Positions 25,826-39,590 of a stretch of 64,000 bases of DNA are shown here, one piece after another. The notes under the pieces are model-generated. The model was not told where the DNA came from. It made no database searches and saw nothing but the letters and a program-made list of their open reading frames with translations. Location: contig CM061253.1 in NCBI GenBank assembly GCA_022605425.2, forward strand, positions 62,001 to 126,000, read 5' to 3'. Made by a program: the position numbers and the translations under genes. Every line of letters begins with the position of its first letter. Positions within the stretch are counted from its first letter, which is position 1. The DNA comes from Hamiltosporidium tvaerminnensis FI-OER-3-3 (lineage: Eukaryota > Fungi > Microsporidia).

Positions 25826-26404
25826 AAAATTACGGTTGCCAATGTAAAAGATGTGATATTGTTTAAATAAAATTTTATCAGATATAGCAATGGAAGGAAA
25901 TATATTTTAAATTTTCTCATAAATAGCTTGTTATAGCTGAATATCCTCGCTACCAAACAATAGTAAATAACTATAGAACAATTTAAAAACCTCTTTTTAG
26001 GCATTTGAGATGAAAGACATAAGGATTTATTAAAAATTAGCTAAACCGTAAAACACAATCAAATAACATAATATTGGCTAATTTTGAAACATTAAAGCAC
26101 AAAATGAAAATATTAAAAAATAATAGTAATGCAGCACTTAGTTGATGAAAAACGATATAAAAAATATAGCCAGAAAGTATTTAATAGATACTAGTACTTT
26201 TTATGAGCTAACTTTAATATGCATTTAATTTGAAGAAATCTAATCTAAAAAGAAAAAAATCGTTATAATACTAATTTTCAATTTTAAAAAATGAATAAAA
26301 TATTTTTTTATAAAAAAAAACTTTGAAAACATCAATAAATAATAGAACAATTTTTAAAAAATATCAAAGTATATAGTTTTTAATGCAATAAAAACGTGAA
26401 CTTT

Positions 26405-26914
26405 TCATCTAAAACAGCCTGTATAATTATTTGTAATCAAAAATGCATTTGCTAATATAATAAAAATGACAATACCATGGAAAAGATATTCAATATTTTT
26501 ATTCTTTTTTATATATTTGTAAAATATAAATAGAATTACCAAATAGTTAAGGGAAAAAATTGTAATAAAAATATTTCCAAAAGTAGAAGTTGCTAATAAA
26601 AACATAAAAATCGTATTTTGAAGGAAAAGCAAGAAAATGTATTATAACTTTAGCTTTAAAACCAACTGATAATGTTGATTTTCATAGTGTAGTTCTCGAT
26701 TCGAAATTTTAAGATTATTTTGTGTAGCTAGGCTTTGGTTAAAAGATTTTTGGCTGTACGTTTGTTGGCTATTAGAAAAATTATTCCCAAATATATAATT
26801 GTTTATAACAATCTCGTAGGCGCGAGCAGAATCACTTGATTTTGTTGGTATGACACCAGTAATCGTATTTTCTATTCTATAGCTTCTATTAGGTCTCAGA
26901 TTATTCAAATTCAT
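26405..26914 (-). pseudogene. Small 3-TM protein family A paralog with one in-frame stop at 26642
   Basis: ORFs 26642-26914 and 26405-26632 are in frame; VLKLKL*YIF..QNTIF..IFSLNY..FIFYKY aligns with 50693-51181. Confidence 0.8.
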
Positions 26915-26919
26915 ATTTT

Positions 26920-28850
26920 TTTGATGCTTAACAGTATTTTTTTAAAATAAATACATCACTGTCCAAAAAATCAATTTTGAATTTACTAAATAGGGTTTAA
27001 AATATCTTTTTGATTGCAATTTTTTTTGATTTCTTTTTTTGATCAAAATGGCAGATAAAACATTGCATATAATTTTGTAGTAATGATTTATAATGGTTAC
27101 TAATGCAAAAGAATTTTTTTCAAAAGTATAAAAAGCCAAAATATTATTTTATAAATGTTTTTTCGGATAGAAATAACGGATTGTTCGATAGATTTTTATT
27201 ATTCTCTTATCCAGCTGTCCATAGAGACCAAATAAATTTAAAATTAAAGTTAATTTTTTTTTTTTTAAATATAGCAATAGCGACAAAAAATATCGATGAG
27301 TTGCATTATTAGTTACAAAATACTTTTCAAATATTTAAACACTAAAAACACGTGAAAAGGCCAAAATACAAATAAATTAGATTTATATCGCATCTTTGCA
27401 TCGTGAAACAGTTTTTAAGTCACCTTAAACTTTATTTATCTCAACTAACTTTATCCTGAAATAGCCCTAACGGAAAAATTCGAATTTTTTAAAAACGTTG
27501 AAAAAGCTACTATATTCAAAATATTTATACTAATGCTTTTTATTGCTAAATTATATCTCAAAAGAAAAAAATATTTTGCGATTACTTAAATTTTGGCTTA
27601 TATGTTTATTTCTCTGTTCGATTAGAAATAAATACCTAGCTTAGTAGACAATTACTATCATTTAATGCATTTTCATGGGTGTGGCATGACAAATATGTTT
27701 CTAATTAACGTTTAATTTTGCACTTCCAAGAAAATCTTAGGTATTGAGAAGGTTTTAATATTATTTTAATCTGTATATGTTGCATGGGACCACTTAATTA
27801 AAGTTATACTTGTATTTTTTTTTCATATTAGGATTTTAGAGATATACAGTTAAAAAAATAAGATAGACGAAAGATAAAAATAACTTCATGTTTTTTTTCG
27901 AATATATATATTATAGTATATGCCAAGACTATATTTTTTGGATATCCAATTTATCGTTATACCTAATTAAAATATCTTTTTTGATGTTTTATTTTTAATT
28001 ATGATTTGTAGGTTTGACCCAACCTTGATATTTTTGATCGTGTTACACCTAAGATAAATTATTTACTAGTGTAGTTTAAAACGTTCAGAAAGTGAGATTT
28101 CATATATTTGGTCATGATTAAATTACTTCACTATCGAAATAGGTTAGTCACAAACAGAAAATCAAAGAATTTTAAAATCTGAAAGTCATTTTACTATTTT
28201 AAACCAGCAAATATGTTTGTGTGTATGCTAATCACGTGCACAACCGCGATTTATTCTTTTGCTCCATATAAATTCAAACATTTACATAATTTATACAAAC
28301 TAATCCTATTTCGATGATTTTTTGAATTTATAACAGTTAATTTTTTATTTTCGAAAAACTAATATAAACAACGCTCAACATATTGATATGTAGTTAAATT
28401 TAATACCATGGTAATTTATTCTAATTTGATCTATAAATTCATTTACCTAATGATGCATTTATCGGGATCCGTTTAAATAATAAGTCAAATTGAATTAAAG
28501 AAAAAACGACTATTCTCGTCAAATTTACATTTAGCAACAAAGATCATCTCTTTAGCTAAATAAGACTTTTGTTCTTTTTCTAATTAATTGCATTCTCATT
28601 TTGTATGCAATCGTATATGGACAGCTTATAAAACGCTAATAAAAAATTTTTTCTTTGAACACTTAAAATCCGTGCATTGTAATTTATTTAAATTTATTTA
28701 CATAACTGAAATGCCAATTTAAACAAGAAATTAAAAATTATATTTTGAATGTAGAGGGAATTCTTACATATATTTTCTTACATCTTGTAGCTAGAAAGTC
28801 TGAAAATCTTTTTGTATGGTTAAAAACTGCTATTTCGAAAAATTCGAAAC
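26920..28850. repeat. Duplicated upstream flank of family A genes (paralogous to 61480-63540)
   Basis: Collinear blocks ttatctcaacta, tttgcacttcc, tgtgtgtatgctaat, aaagatcatctc, aactgaaatg. Confidence 0.75.
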
Positions 28851-30744
28851 CACAAACAACTTAGAATTTAATGTACCATATTTCGGTATCATTTCTATTT
28901 AATAACTTTTTTTAGCCTTTTTGGTAAAAAAACGCTAAAAAGATCTGAATAGGAAGTGGCAAACCGGAATACATAAGACATAAAGGTATAAAATAAAAAA
29001 ACATAATATAAACAAGAATTTTACAAAGAATTAAAAATAGTAAATATAATATAAAAACTAATAGTATTATGAATTACTAGTTACCTCGATATTAATATAA
29101 TAAATTTTATATTTCTTGATTAATCAAATTATTTATTACTATTTCAGGTTCATAATTTAAATACCATATATGTATTATTTGCATCTTTCTTTTACATCAA
29201 AAAACCTTAAAATTTATGTTTCATTACTGTTTATCTTAAACTATAATTCATTAGGTAATGAAGACTGCGTTTAGAATAAAAAGTTTTCATACTTAGAAAC
29301 TCTAATAAAATGAATGGAATTAAAAGGGAAATGCATGCGAGAGTATTGCTAGCTACTCACAAGCTACGTGTTTTTTCACATTCAAACGCAGCTAAAATCA
29401 AGCCAACTCTCTTTTATACTACAAATATCAAGCATAACGCACCAAATTGGTCTCAGAAACCATTTTTTTAGATTAGAGCTTCTAGAGAGAATTATCTTAT
29501 GAAAAGACAAACCTATTTATTTACTACTTCGTGGAGTAACTGCTAAGTTTAATTTGATCGATCTTGCTTTCATAAAGATTTATCCACAAGAAAAGAACCA
29601 ATTTGTTTTTGGAAATACAGAAAGATCCCAAAAAAAGTTTCTGAGCAAGCGTTAACTGTTTTTTAAAATATCGAAGCTGAAAAGAATCATACACAATTTA
29701 AATCTGTGTTTGAAGGATTGATTGGATATAAGAATGCAAAAAATACGAAGCCGACTGAGAAATAATAGCTACTTACAGGCGTTCCGTGCCACATTGAGAA
29801 TTTATTTGTCAGAACACACCCTTAATAAAGTTGAGAGAAATGTATTTTGGCTATGTAAAAGACCATGGGTAAAGAAAATAAAAAATTTATATAAAGTTCA
29901 AGAGCTTCACAATAAATTTTCAATAGAAGTGTTTTATCAAAGAAATCAAAAAAGCAAGCTATGTAATCTTTTATTAGAAGTACTGTATTTTCGACGCAAA
30001 TATATTATAAAGCTAAATAGATATGGCAACATATAATACAACGGAAAAAGCCTAGATTTATTGCATAAGACCATAATAGTTTGATTTAAATGAGTTCATC
30101 TTAAAATTTACACGAGTAAAAATGTATATAGAACCCGGATTTTCTGTAATGAATTTTTTAAGAAAATTATCCTTAGTCTAAATTAATATGGAATATAAAA
30201 ATAGCGATTTTGATGGCTTCAATTAAAAAATAGGTTGGTGTATTTCATGGTTTAAAAATTACGATTTTATAAAAAGAAATTGAAAAAATCAATCGTATCT
30301 GAGATTGTTCTTGAATGGCTTCATTATTATAAATAAAAATATGATGTCAAATATTGGTTAATTCAGAAGGAAATTAAAGCTGTGATTTAAAGTGCAGACG
30401 GAGTAATTATGAAATAAGTAGGAAACAAATAGTTGGTTTTTGTATCAGATACGGTTTTTCCTAAATTTTTTTTATTGGGTGAGTTTAATAAACATTATGA
30501 GTTTGCTTTCCAACTGAGAGATGCAGACTTCATGTTTTATACTTTTTATGAAATAATTCAAGCCTTTTTACCAAATTCTTTATTAAGTTTAAAAGAAGGC
30601 TTCTTGATAAAAAGTACTATAGGTTAGCTGCTTTATTGTGAGCCTACGTATTTCATCTTAAAAAACATGCTAAGCAAGGGTTCTTTGTTCAAACCGATCA
30701 TTTGCAATCAAACCTCAATTTGATAACATATATAGGTTTGATCG

Positions 30745-33700
30745 GTCTCTCCTTGCCGGAGACAGAATTGGTCTAGAGTATTCCTTGCCTGTCGTAAGTA
30801 AGAACTAGAAGGAACTAGTTTTCCAGGCTTGGGAGTAAGGCTAACAAGCCACTCTTTAAAACCAACATGTTACGAAACCCAAAAACTTAATTAAACTCAG
30901 ACGGAAATTCCAAAAATAGCTAGCGTAGTTAAACAAAAAACCAAAATTCTACTTGTAACATGAAATAAGCGTTCACTACATAGACTCGAGGCCCGCGGTG
31001 TATGTCTACTGTGCTCTCTCAACGTAATATCGTCATTGTAGGCCCACAAGAACTGGAATCTACAGGAAAAAGAAATGTGAATAAGAAGAGCATTTCACTC
31101 TACTATAGCTGTCAGGAAAAACACCACCTACTGGGGGCAGAATTCATGGTTGGAAACAAAATAAAACCGCTTGTAATTGATTTTCAGAGCAACAAACCCA
31201 GGCAATCTAGAATCAAAATAAAAGAAAAAATTGAACTATATTATCCTCAATGCATATGCTCTCGCAGAAGATTCAACTGGGGAGGAAAAGAAAGCCTTAT
31301 ATGCTCTCTTAGGGAAAGTATATGAAGATTGTCCTAGAAAATACATTCAATTTCTGTTAGGAGACATGGACGCAAAAATAGGAAAGGATTATGTCTGTAG
31401 CAGAATTAGAAATTATAATTTACATAAGGAGCATCCCGAAAATGGATTCCGATTACTTAATTTTGCAATAAGAGGAAATTTAATTTTGGGAACAGTTTTT
31501 GATCGTGGGAACATACACAAGGGTACTTAAACGACCCACGACTAAGATACGGTCTACCAAATAGATCATACACACATTATCAAACGTCACAAACCATCTT
31601 ACAGTATATTAGATTACAATGCAATGCAAATATCGACAGGGATTATTTCCTCCTTGTTGCACAACTAAGAGCAATAATCTCAGACACCAGAAATAAAAAA
31701 TGAACGAGTTCTGTTGGATATAACACCTGTATGTTAAAATATGAGAAAGGGAAGAAACTATATGAGTCAAAAACCAGCGAAATAGTTAAAGAACCGAGTA
31801 AGGAAGTTATAGATGACATTAGAACATGCTTAAACATGATATAGTAGCAGCAGGCCGTGTATTTATTTGATTTAAGCGAAGTATTGTAAGAAATGAAGGG
31901 TTTGATAAGGAATTTGCAAGCATAACCAAGGCTAAGAATGAGGCCTACAACTTTCTGATACAAAAAAATGGTCTAGAGTAGATACTGAAATATATATAGA
32001 TTGAGCAATATTGGAAAAGCGATACACCGAGCTAAGAAGAAAAGGTTCATGATGACGCAAATAGATCTCATTCAGAAATATAATGCCAAACATCTAGCAG
32101 GGAAATGTTTAGAAAGGTAAAAAATACCAGAAAAGCTTTCATTCCGTGAACAAACAGCTGTGGAAGTAAAACTTGTGAGCCTAAAGAGGCATTCAAGGTG
32201 TTATAAATATATGGTCAGATCATTTTTTCGGACTACTGGATGAATGCGGAAATCAAGCAGACCTAGACAAATGTTTGACGAATTAGAAGATACTGGTAGC
32301 CATGAAGACACTGTGCCTTCATATGAAGAAGTACATAAAGCCGTGGAAAAACTGAAAAATATTAAAGCCCCAAAACAGTCTAAATTCATATGAACAGTTT
32401 AAAAACGCTAGTAGAAATTACATTAATGAGCTGACGCATTTACTTCGAGAGAAATGATAAGAAGAGAAAATTTCTTAAGAATGGGGTACAAGTCTCGTCT
32501 TTTTGATTTACAAAAAAAGGCACACACTGAATCGTGAAAATTACCGAGTAATATCTCTTCCGAGCACAACCTAAAAAGTTCTGTCTAGCGTTTTTTTTAC
32601 ACGACTGCTATCTTGTGTAGAGAACATCATTTGAGCATACCAATGCAGGTTCCCGGTAGATAGATCGACATCGGACCAGCATTATTCACCAAAACAAATT
32701 TCAGAAAAAAAATTGGAATATAAGATATGTTTTATCCACCTTTTTATAGACCACAAGCAGCCTATGATAAAGTCAATAGAAAAATGCTTTACAGAGCCAT
32801 GAAAGAATTTAGTATTCCCCATAAATTGATAAGATTGACTAAAATGACAATTTCTGGATCAAATTGCAGAATCAGAGTACAGTCTACTCTGTCAGAACCG
32901 TTAGAACATTTAATAGTCTAGAGCAGGGACCTCACTGGCTGGCTACTTTATAATTAGGCTTTTGAGAAAGTAGTCCTTGATTCTGGCCTACAGATCAAAG
33001 TCTTGAATTTAACAAGCAAATTCAAATAATAGCCTACGCTGAGGGTATTGATCTTATTGCAAGATCTGAAGCTAGTCAGCAAAGAGCGTTCATAGCCTTG
33101 GAATTTGCAGCCAAGAAGATGCACCTGATTATTAACATTCGCAAGACCAATAAATGACATTGAGTAATAGCCGAAGACTCCCTCAATTCAAGTTCAGAGA
33201 TTATATCTTTAAACAGTAGAAGATTTGTCTATTTAGGATCTTGAATAGATCTAAACAACGGCAGCTCGCACGAATTTTAAAGTAGAATTCAGGCAACGAA
33301 CAAGTGCTATTAGTGTCCCTTCAAGCACTTTAAGTCTAAGCTCATCACTAGAAAGACAAAAGTCATGCTCTACAAAACGCTGCTGCGAATTATTCTCAGT
33401 ATGGATCAGAATCTTGGGGTGTGAAGAAGATTGATGAGCAAAAAAAAGCGGTGTTCGAAAGAAAAGTACTAAGACATATTTATGAACTTAAATAAGAAAA
33501 TGGCAGGTGAGGGGAACGAAACAACAAGGAACACTACACCGAATTAAGGTATATGCCAATAGTAGATTTAGTCTGCCTGAACAGACTTCGCTGGGTAAGA
33601 CACCTCCTAAGAATGAGAACATCGCATACCTTCTTAAGTTTCGAACCTTATACCAGTCGGAAAAGGAAAGTGGGAAGACCGAGAACTGGCTGGATTGATC

Positions 33701-33830
33701 AAATCAAAAGACGGAACGATTTCTGGCAGTAGAAGACTTGTGGAATATTGCGCTAGAAAAAGACTGGTGAGCTACATTACTGAAGGAGGCAAGGGCTCGT
33801 TAAAGCTGTAGCACTGAGGATAAATAAATA
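30745..33830 (+). mobile_element. Full-length decayed RTE-clade LINE (APE + RT)
   Basis: APE remnants LGDMDAKIG, NGFRLLNFA, HKGT, QIDH; RT remnants NYRVISL, YQC.F..DRSTSDQ, AAYDKVNR, AYAEGI, VYLGS; C-terminal RLRWVRHLLRM and GRPRTGW; TAAA tail. Confidence 0.9.
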
Positions 33831-33858
33831 TAAAGTATGGAGTGATAGCGGAGATATT

Positions 33859-34332
33859 ATGGATAGAGATAGTAATAGATTAGAGGTTTTTAGTGATAGA
33901 ACTGGATTAGAGGGTGTTGGTGACAGTAATAGATTAGAGGTTGTTAGTAACAGTAATAGAATAGAGGGTGTTGATTATAGTACTAATACCTTGCACCCTG
34001 TTAATACCAATACTACTTCTTTTACTCTTTGGAATAGCTTTGTCTTTGGTGACTGTAAATTATCTGAAATATTAAAATATTTTAAAAGGGTGTGGAATGT
34101 AGATATAAGTATGGTAACAATAAGAGATACTGTTGTGTTTTGTACGTTTTATGATAATGAGAGGTTTAAAAATTATTTAGAAAAATTTATAAGTGAATTG
34201 TCTTGTAAGAAAGAAGGTGATGGTATTATTTACTGTGGTGTAGAGTGTTCGTTTGATATTGATGGTTATAACTTTCCTGAGGTGCTTGTTAAGTTTAGGA
34301 GAGAGAGAAAGGGAGGTATTAGGATTTTATGA
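33859..34332 (+). pseudogene. UBA1: Isolated C-terminal ubiquitin-fold domain of ubiquitin-activating enzyme E1, preceded by GGGTGTT-type repeats
   Basis: FTLWNSF..CKLSEILKYFKRVWNVDISMV..FISEL..C..D..FPEVLVKF follows the E1 UFD pattern FTLWDRF..TLxEFLxYFK..xVxML..SEL..C..VPYV; no upstream E1 domains in the window. Confidence 0.7.
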
Positions 34333-35259
34333 GAGTTATTAGTGATTTGTGAGGCCATATAGGAAGTTAATAAGAAAGTTTAATGAATAGATTATGAGAT
34401 GGGATATGTGTTAGTAAAGAGCGTAAACTCTTTGGTTCTTCCGTTCTTTTTTTTAATTTATATCTCAGAGTTTATTATTTCTTTATTTATCTTTTATTTC
34501 TTTATGATTTTTACTTATTTTGAACGGTGACATGTGTTTTATTGTTTTTATGACATTAGGAAATTCTATGTTTAATATAGATGATTGCTTATACGACCGT
34601 AGGGGGGATAGCCACATAAAAAACTACTAACTTTTTCGTATGAAAAAAACCACACAATCTTGCAGTTCATCTTTTCCTCATACAAATTTTAAGAAATGGT
34701 CAAAGATATAGCCTGTTTATCATTCGTATCAAAAATCCAAACAATAATTTCCTTATAACCCATATATACAAGTTACCAAGCAGATGCTTTTATTTATATG
34801 TGATTATCCAACATCCACCTTTAAATAAATTATTTTTTTTAAAAGAATGAAAACATTGATTTCCTACAAAAAGATAAAGTGTCAATATATTAGAAATTCC
34901 AAACGAAGAACATATTTATTACGAATAGTAAATTGTTTATTTTATGAATGAGAAAAATTTGCTTTTGGTTACAGACCGTTTAATTTCAGCCCTTAAAATT
35001 TAATGAGACACACCTTAAATAGGGTAACAAAGCTCCAATTCAAATATAGACTGTCTGTCATACATATTGAAAAGAAGTAGCTAATAAGAAATTTTAATAA
35101 ATTTTATTAGAAAACTGATTATATCCATACATCTGTTTTTTCTACAGATTAAATCTAAATATTGACTAAAAATGAAAAATACCGTAAAATTTTAATTTAA
35201 ATTCTTAAAACCTATAATTTACATATAATTTTAAAAGGCACAAATTTATTTAAATATTT

Positions 35260-37557
35260 TCAAAGCCCTAAACTGTCCCTTATAACAATATATTTCGTTT
35301 TAAATTTCTCTTTTATATATTTAATAGTTTCTTCTGATAGTACATCTTCTTCATAATATATCAGTTCAATGTAAAATTCATTATAAAAATACATACGTAT
35401 CCAAGTGTAATCCTTTCCCTGTATACCATAGCTCCACAATTTGATATATTCAATCTTCTTTAAATTCGCAATAAATATTAAATCTTTTTCTGATATATTT
35501 ATTTCATCTAAATACATTCTACTTATTTTATATTCTTGTTTAGCTAAAAACAATTCTGAAAAACTAATATTTTGAAACCAAATTTTATGAATTTTTAATT
35601 CTTTTAGACTCAATAAAGTACTAAATGCTTCTACATTTGAATTATTGATATTAAAATCGGAAATACTTAGTTTTTTTATACTGCTTATTTCATAGTTTTG
35701 AAATAAAAACTTTAAAGGACTTAGAGATAATTTCAAATCTGCTTTAGCTTTATTTGTGGATTTAAAATCAAATTTTTCATTTTTTTCTGATTGTTTTAAG
35801 AAATCAATCATTTCATTTATATCATAAAGATCTAACTCTTTAATATAAAAAATTTGATCTACCGAACGGTTTAACTTTATAATATTTAGTTGGGTAAAGT
35901 ATATTTCTTGAAGACCTATCATCATATCTATCGGCTTGAAAAATCTACAAATATTATTACGATTTTTATGCCAGAATCTAAAATATTTTATAGATTCGTT
36001 TAAAAAAATTTCATTTTCAATATATATACCTGAATTGATTATTTCTAAGGTTTCTAGCCCTTTAATATTGAAAATATCTCTTAGAAAATCAGATTTTATT
36101 TCTGAAGATGAAATTTTAATAGATTTTATATTTTCTTCTAAAATAGTATTTTCTGTTATAATAAACCGTTTATGATATAATTTTTTGAAAGCAATTGAAA
36201 TATTATTAAAACACCCTTTATATTCATAAAAACACTCTACATCAAAATTATTTTGCTTAACTTTAAAATTTTCAGTTATGTTAACTTTATTTCTAAATTT
36301 TTCTTTATTAAGTAATTTTAAATAGAAATCTTTATTTTCTTTTGGTATTTTTTTATCTTTCTTGATAGATTTTTCGATGGAACGTTTTTGGTGTTTATGC
36401 AACAGACTTTGTATTATAAACTTTGCTATATTAATATCCCTTTCTTCGATTTCAGGAACTTGATATCTTACAGATTTATTTTTTTCATAAAATATAAATT
36501 CCTCTATATTACTTAAATGCTCTGTAAATATGAAATTTGTATCAAATTTAGATTCAATAAAAACTATCTTTTTTAAATTTTTAAAATTTAAATTTGCATT
36601 TAGAGAACGAATTACCTCATCAGATATGTAACTCCAAAAGAATACAATCTCATCAATCATCTTTTTTAAATTTTGTAAAATAAAACAAAAACTCTTCGAA
36701 TTCGCTCCGTTTAAATCGTTTATATGCAAATATTTTATATCTAATGTATTTAGAAACATTAAAAATAAACATTGACTTTTATGATTCACACCCACTTTTT
36801 TGGAAAAAAATAAATCAAAATGTTTGTTAATTACTAAAGTATGTTTTTTATCTTCTGTAAATAAAATTTTATATTGATCAAAGCTATCATATTCATGTTC
36901 TTTAGAAAAAACCAAAAAATTGGAATTCCTTTCGATAATAACTAGTTCAAAATATCCTCTTGAAATTTTTTTGAATAAATCATATGAAAAATAGTCTTGC
37001 TTTGAAAAATGAAACGATACTTTTTCAATGTTAAAATTATTCATTTCATCAGACTCAACCAAAGAATACAAAATCGATTTTATCACATTCTGCAATTTAT
37101 TATCATCTTTAACTTTAAAATATTCTAAAAAATAAAATATTGTGTAAAACTTCTCAATTGTCATTTTATCATCTGGTAAATAATATGAAATTATAAACTC
37201 ATAGAATATTAAAAAATCAGATTTCTTTATATTATGACAGAGATATATTTCTATATTATTGTTCATATTGTCAAACTTTTCGAATATATCAAACTTAAGA
37301 CCAATTCTCTCAATAAATTCTATATAATACTGTTCATATTGCCTATTTGAATCTCTGACAAGCATTCTTTCTAAACAGTTTTTTTCGTCATTTTCATTAG
37401 TCTCATCTCTTTTGATTTGACATAGACATTCGGGTTTGTGTTCATTATTAATTGAAGCTATGTACGACTCTTCATTTTCATTTACAACATTAAATATAAT
37501 ATCTCTTTCAATCGAATAATAGATAAACATAAAAATAAGTGGTTTATATAATAACAT
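35260..37557 (-). CDS. LRR-like protein (family B) with signal-peptide-like N-terminus and possible BTB-like domain
   Basis: Intact 765-aa ORF; repeats such as FKNLKKIVFIES, IKGLETLEIINS, LLSLKELKIHKI, LKKIEYIKLWSY. Confidence 0.85.
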   Translation of the reverse strand: MLLYKPLIFMFIYYSIERDIIFNVVNENEESYIASINNEHKPECLCQIKRDETNENDEKNCLERMLVRDSNRQYEQYYIEFIERIGLKFDIFEKFDNMNNNIEIYLCHNIKKSDFLIFYEFIISYYLPDDKMTIEKFYTIFYFLEYFKVKDDNKLQNVIKSILYSLVESDEMNNFNIEKVSFHFSKQDYFSYDLFKKISRGYFELVIIERNSNFLVFSKEHEYDSFDQYKILFTEDKKHTLVINKHFDLFFSKKVGVNHKSQCLFLMFLNTLDIKYLHINDLNGANSKSFCFILQNLKKMIDEIVFFWSYISDEVIRSLNANLNFKNLKKIVFIESKFDTNFIFTEHLSNIEEFIFYEKNKSVRYQVPEIEERDINIAKFIIQSLLHKHQKRSIEKSIKKDKKIPKENKDFYLKLLNKEKFRNKVNITENFKVKQNNFDVECFYEYKGCFNNISIAFKKLYHKRFIITENTILEENIKSIKISSSEIKSDFLRDIFNIKGLETLEIINSGIYIENEIFLNESIKYFRFWHKNRNNICRFFKPIDMMIGLQEIYFTQLNIIKLNRSVDQIFYIKELDLYDINEMIDFLKQSEKNEKFDFKSTNKAKADLKLSLSPLKFLFQNYEISSIKKLSISDFNINNSNVEAFSTLLSLKELKIHKIWFQNISFSELFLAKQEYKISRMYLDEINISEKDLIFIANLKKIEYIKLWSYGIQGKDYTWIRMYFYNEFYIELIYYEEDVLSEETIKYIKEKFKTKYIVIRDSLGL

Positions 37558-39361
37558 TATGAGATTGAAGCAGGGATTAAATTTCCTAAATTTTAGAAAA
37601 AAATACGTATTTATAGTTTTAAAATCAATTTACTATTTTAGTTCTTAGTTAAAAAAATTTTGATTTATCAAAAAACGTCAAAAATGATTTGTCCTATAAA
37701 TCACAATTAATTAAAATTTTATAAAATATTTTAGAAGTTTTTAAATTAAAAGGTGTAAGTAGGAAAAATTGTTGTATTTCTAAACGTCAAAATTTATTGA
37801 ATAAAAATACTATTTTTAAAATTTAAATAAACGAATGTTTCTTATGATGTTCGATTTTTTTTTGTAGTTAAAGAATCAATAATTGACTGATACTTAGATT
37901 TCAGAAAGTTTTATATTACTAATTAAACAAAAATTAGATTCTTTTATTTTTTGCAGAATTTCTCTCAATAAAAAATACAAATTTTGATTATTCTTAAAAT
38001 CAGAATTATATTTCTTAAAATGACAGTTTTCTTTTGTTTTATTTTGTATCGAATGGCAATTTATGGTATAAAAAATGTAAAGAAAGTTGATAAAATGTAA
38101 TAATATAGATTGTATGTTCTCGAAACATAAATTTAACAAATGAATAAAACAAGTCTTTTGGAAATACACTAAATATATTTTTAAACAAAATTTTAATATT
38201 TTTTTTAATGACCTATTTTACTAAGAATTTTCTATTTTGTTTATATATTAAAAGTATTTTTTCATGTTTACTTACACTTATAAATTATTAAATTTATACT
38301 TGTTTAATTACATTTCTTGAGCTAATTGGAATTCAGCAATTATTATGTTATTAGGACATTTTTTCGAGAAGCAAAATTCGTTACTTTAAACAAAATTTTA
38401 AATGCTTTTGTTAGCGTTCGAAGATTTTAGTGAAGAGAAATTTAAAATACGATTATAAAATACACAGAAAACCCAAACAAAACGGGATAAGAATGTCAAC
38501 GAAGAAACATTAAAAATATTCGCTATTATACTTATTATATATAATTTGCCTTGTAAAACTAAGAAGTATTAATAGACTTGTTCGTATATTCAGAATACTA
38601 TCTTTTATTAAAACACTTTTCATAAATTCAAGTCTCTGTACGTATAGACAGCTAAAAACTTCTAGATATTTGTATTTAAGTGATTTTTTTTAAAAACAAT
38701 TGTTTATTTTGTGCCAAAAATTAGACGGATAATAACCAAAGAGCAAAAATCGCCTGAAATTTTAAAACGAATTAAAGATTATTTTTAAAGAAAGCATAAA
38801 GAAGATTAGGAATTTTAAAATATTATGATGATTTACTTTTATATTGTTAGGTTTAATTTACCATAAAAGATGCTTATGTTTTGAAAATATTTTAAATTAG
38901 ACTAGAAAGAACGAAGAACATACATTTTCTTTACAATTAGTTATTTAACAACTGCTAGATAGTTCAATTTTCTTTAAAAAACTAACATAATTTTCTACAG
39001 GTAGCATATTTCATATTTTTTTTAGATATTGACACAGTTTTGAGGTTTACTCATGATTGTACTTTAACAAAATATCATTATTCCATAAATAACATAAATT
39101 ATAAACCTTTTAATCTAAAAATCTGTAAAATTAAATAAAAAAACAGGGAAAGTGCCTAAAGTTTGTTAATTTTTGTTGCTTTAGTGTTTCCTAGGACCAA
39201 ATCAAACCTGGGTTCTCCCGAGATTTTAAATCTCTCTTATCACTCTAATAAAAAGGAATCAAATAAATTTTTAGCTAAAATATATCTTGGAAGTTTTTAT
39301 AAGTTTACCAGACGCCGCAAGATCATATCAAAGGGTATAACCTGATACGTGGCTTCACATG

Positions 39362-39590
39362 TTATCATCAACATTCACCCTTGTACGAGCCTTGGCCTTC
39401 CTTCTGAATCTCGCTCATTAGTTTTTTTCCAGGGAGTTTTTCTACTCTTTCGGGGTTAGTAACAGTGTAGTTTTAAAAAGTGAGTTGTTAGCCTTATGCC
39501 TAAAACGGGGGACCGGTCCCTTTTAGTCGCCTCTTACACAAGCAGTGTATACTCTAAGCCAATTCTTTCCCGGCATGGTGGGGGAAACTA
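39362..39590 (-). mobile_element. RTE-derived bipartite SINE-like element, copy 2
   Basis: Reverse complement of the head (gccgggaaagaattggcttagagtat..gtaagaggcgactaa) and tail (ggaaggccaaggctcgtacaaggg); TSD GCTTYACATG at 39352-39361 and 39591-39600. Confidence 0.8.

Noticed and set aside
29280-30100. Coding-like decayed sequence including ORF 29722-30036
   Set aside because: No recognisable motif or paralog.
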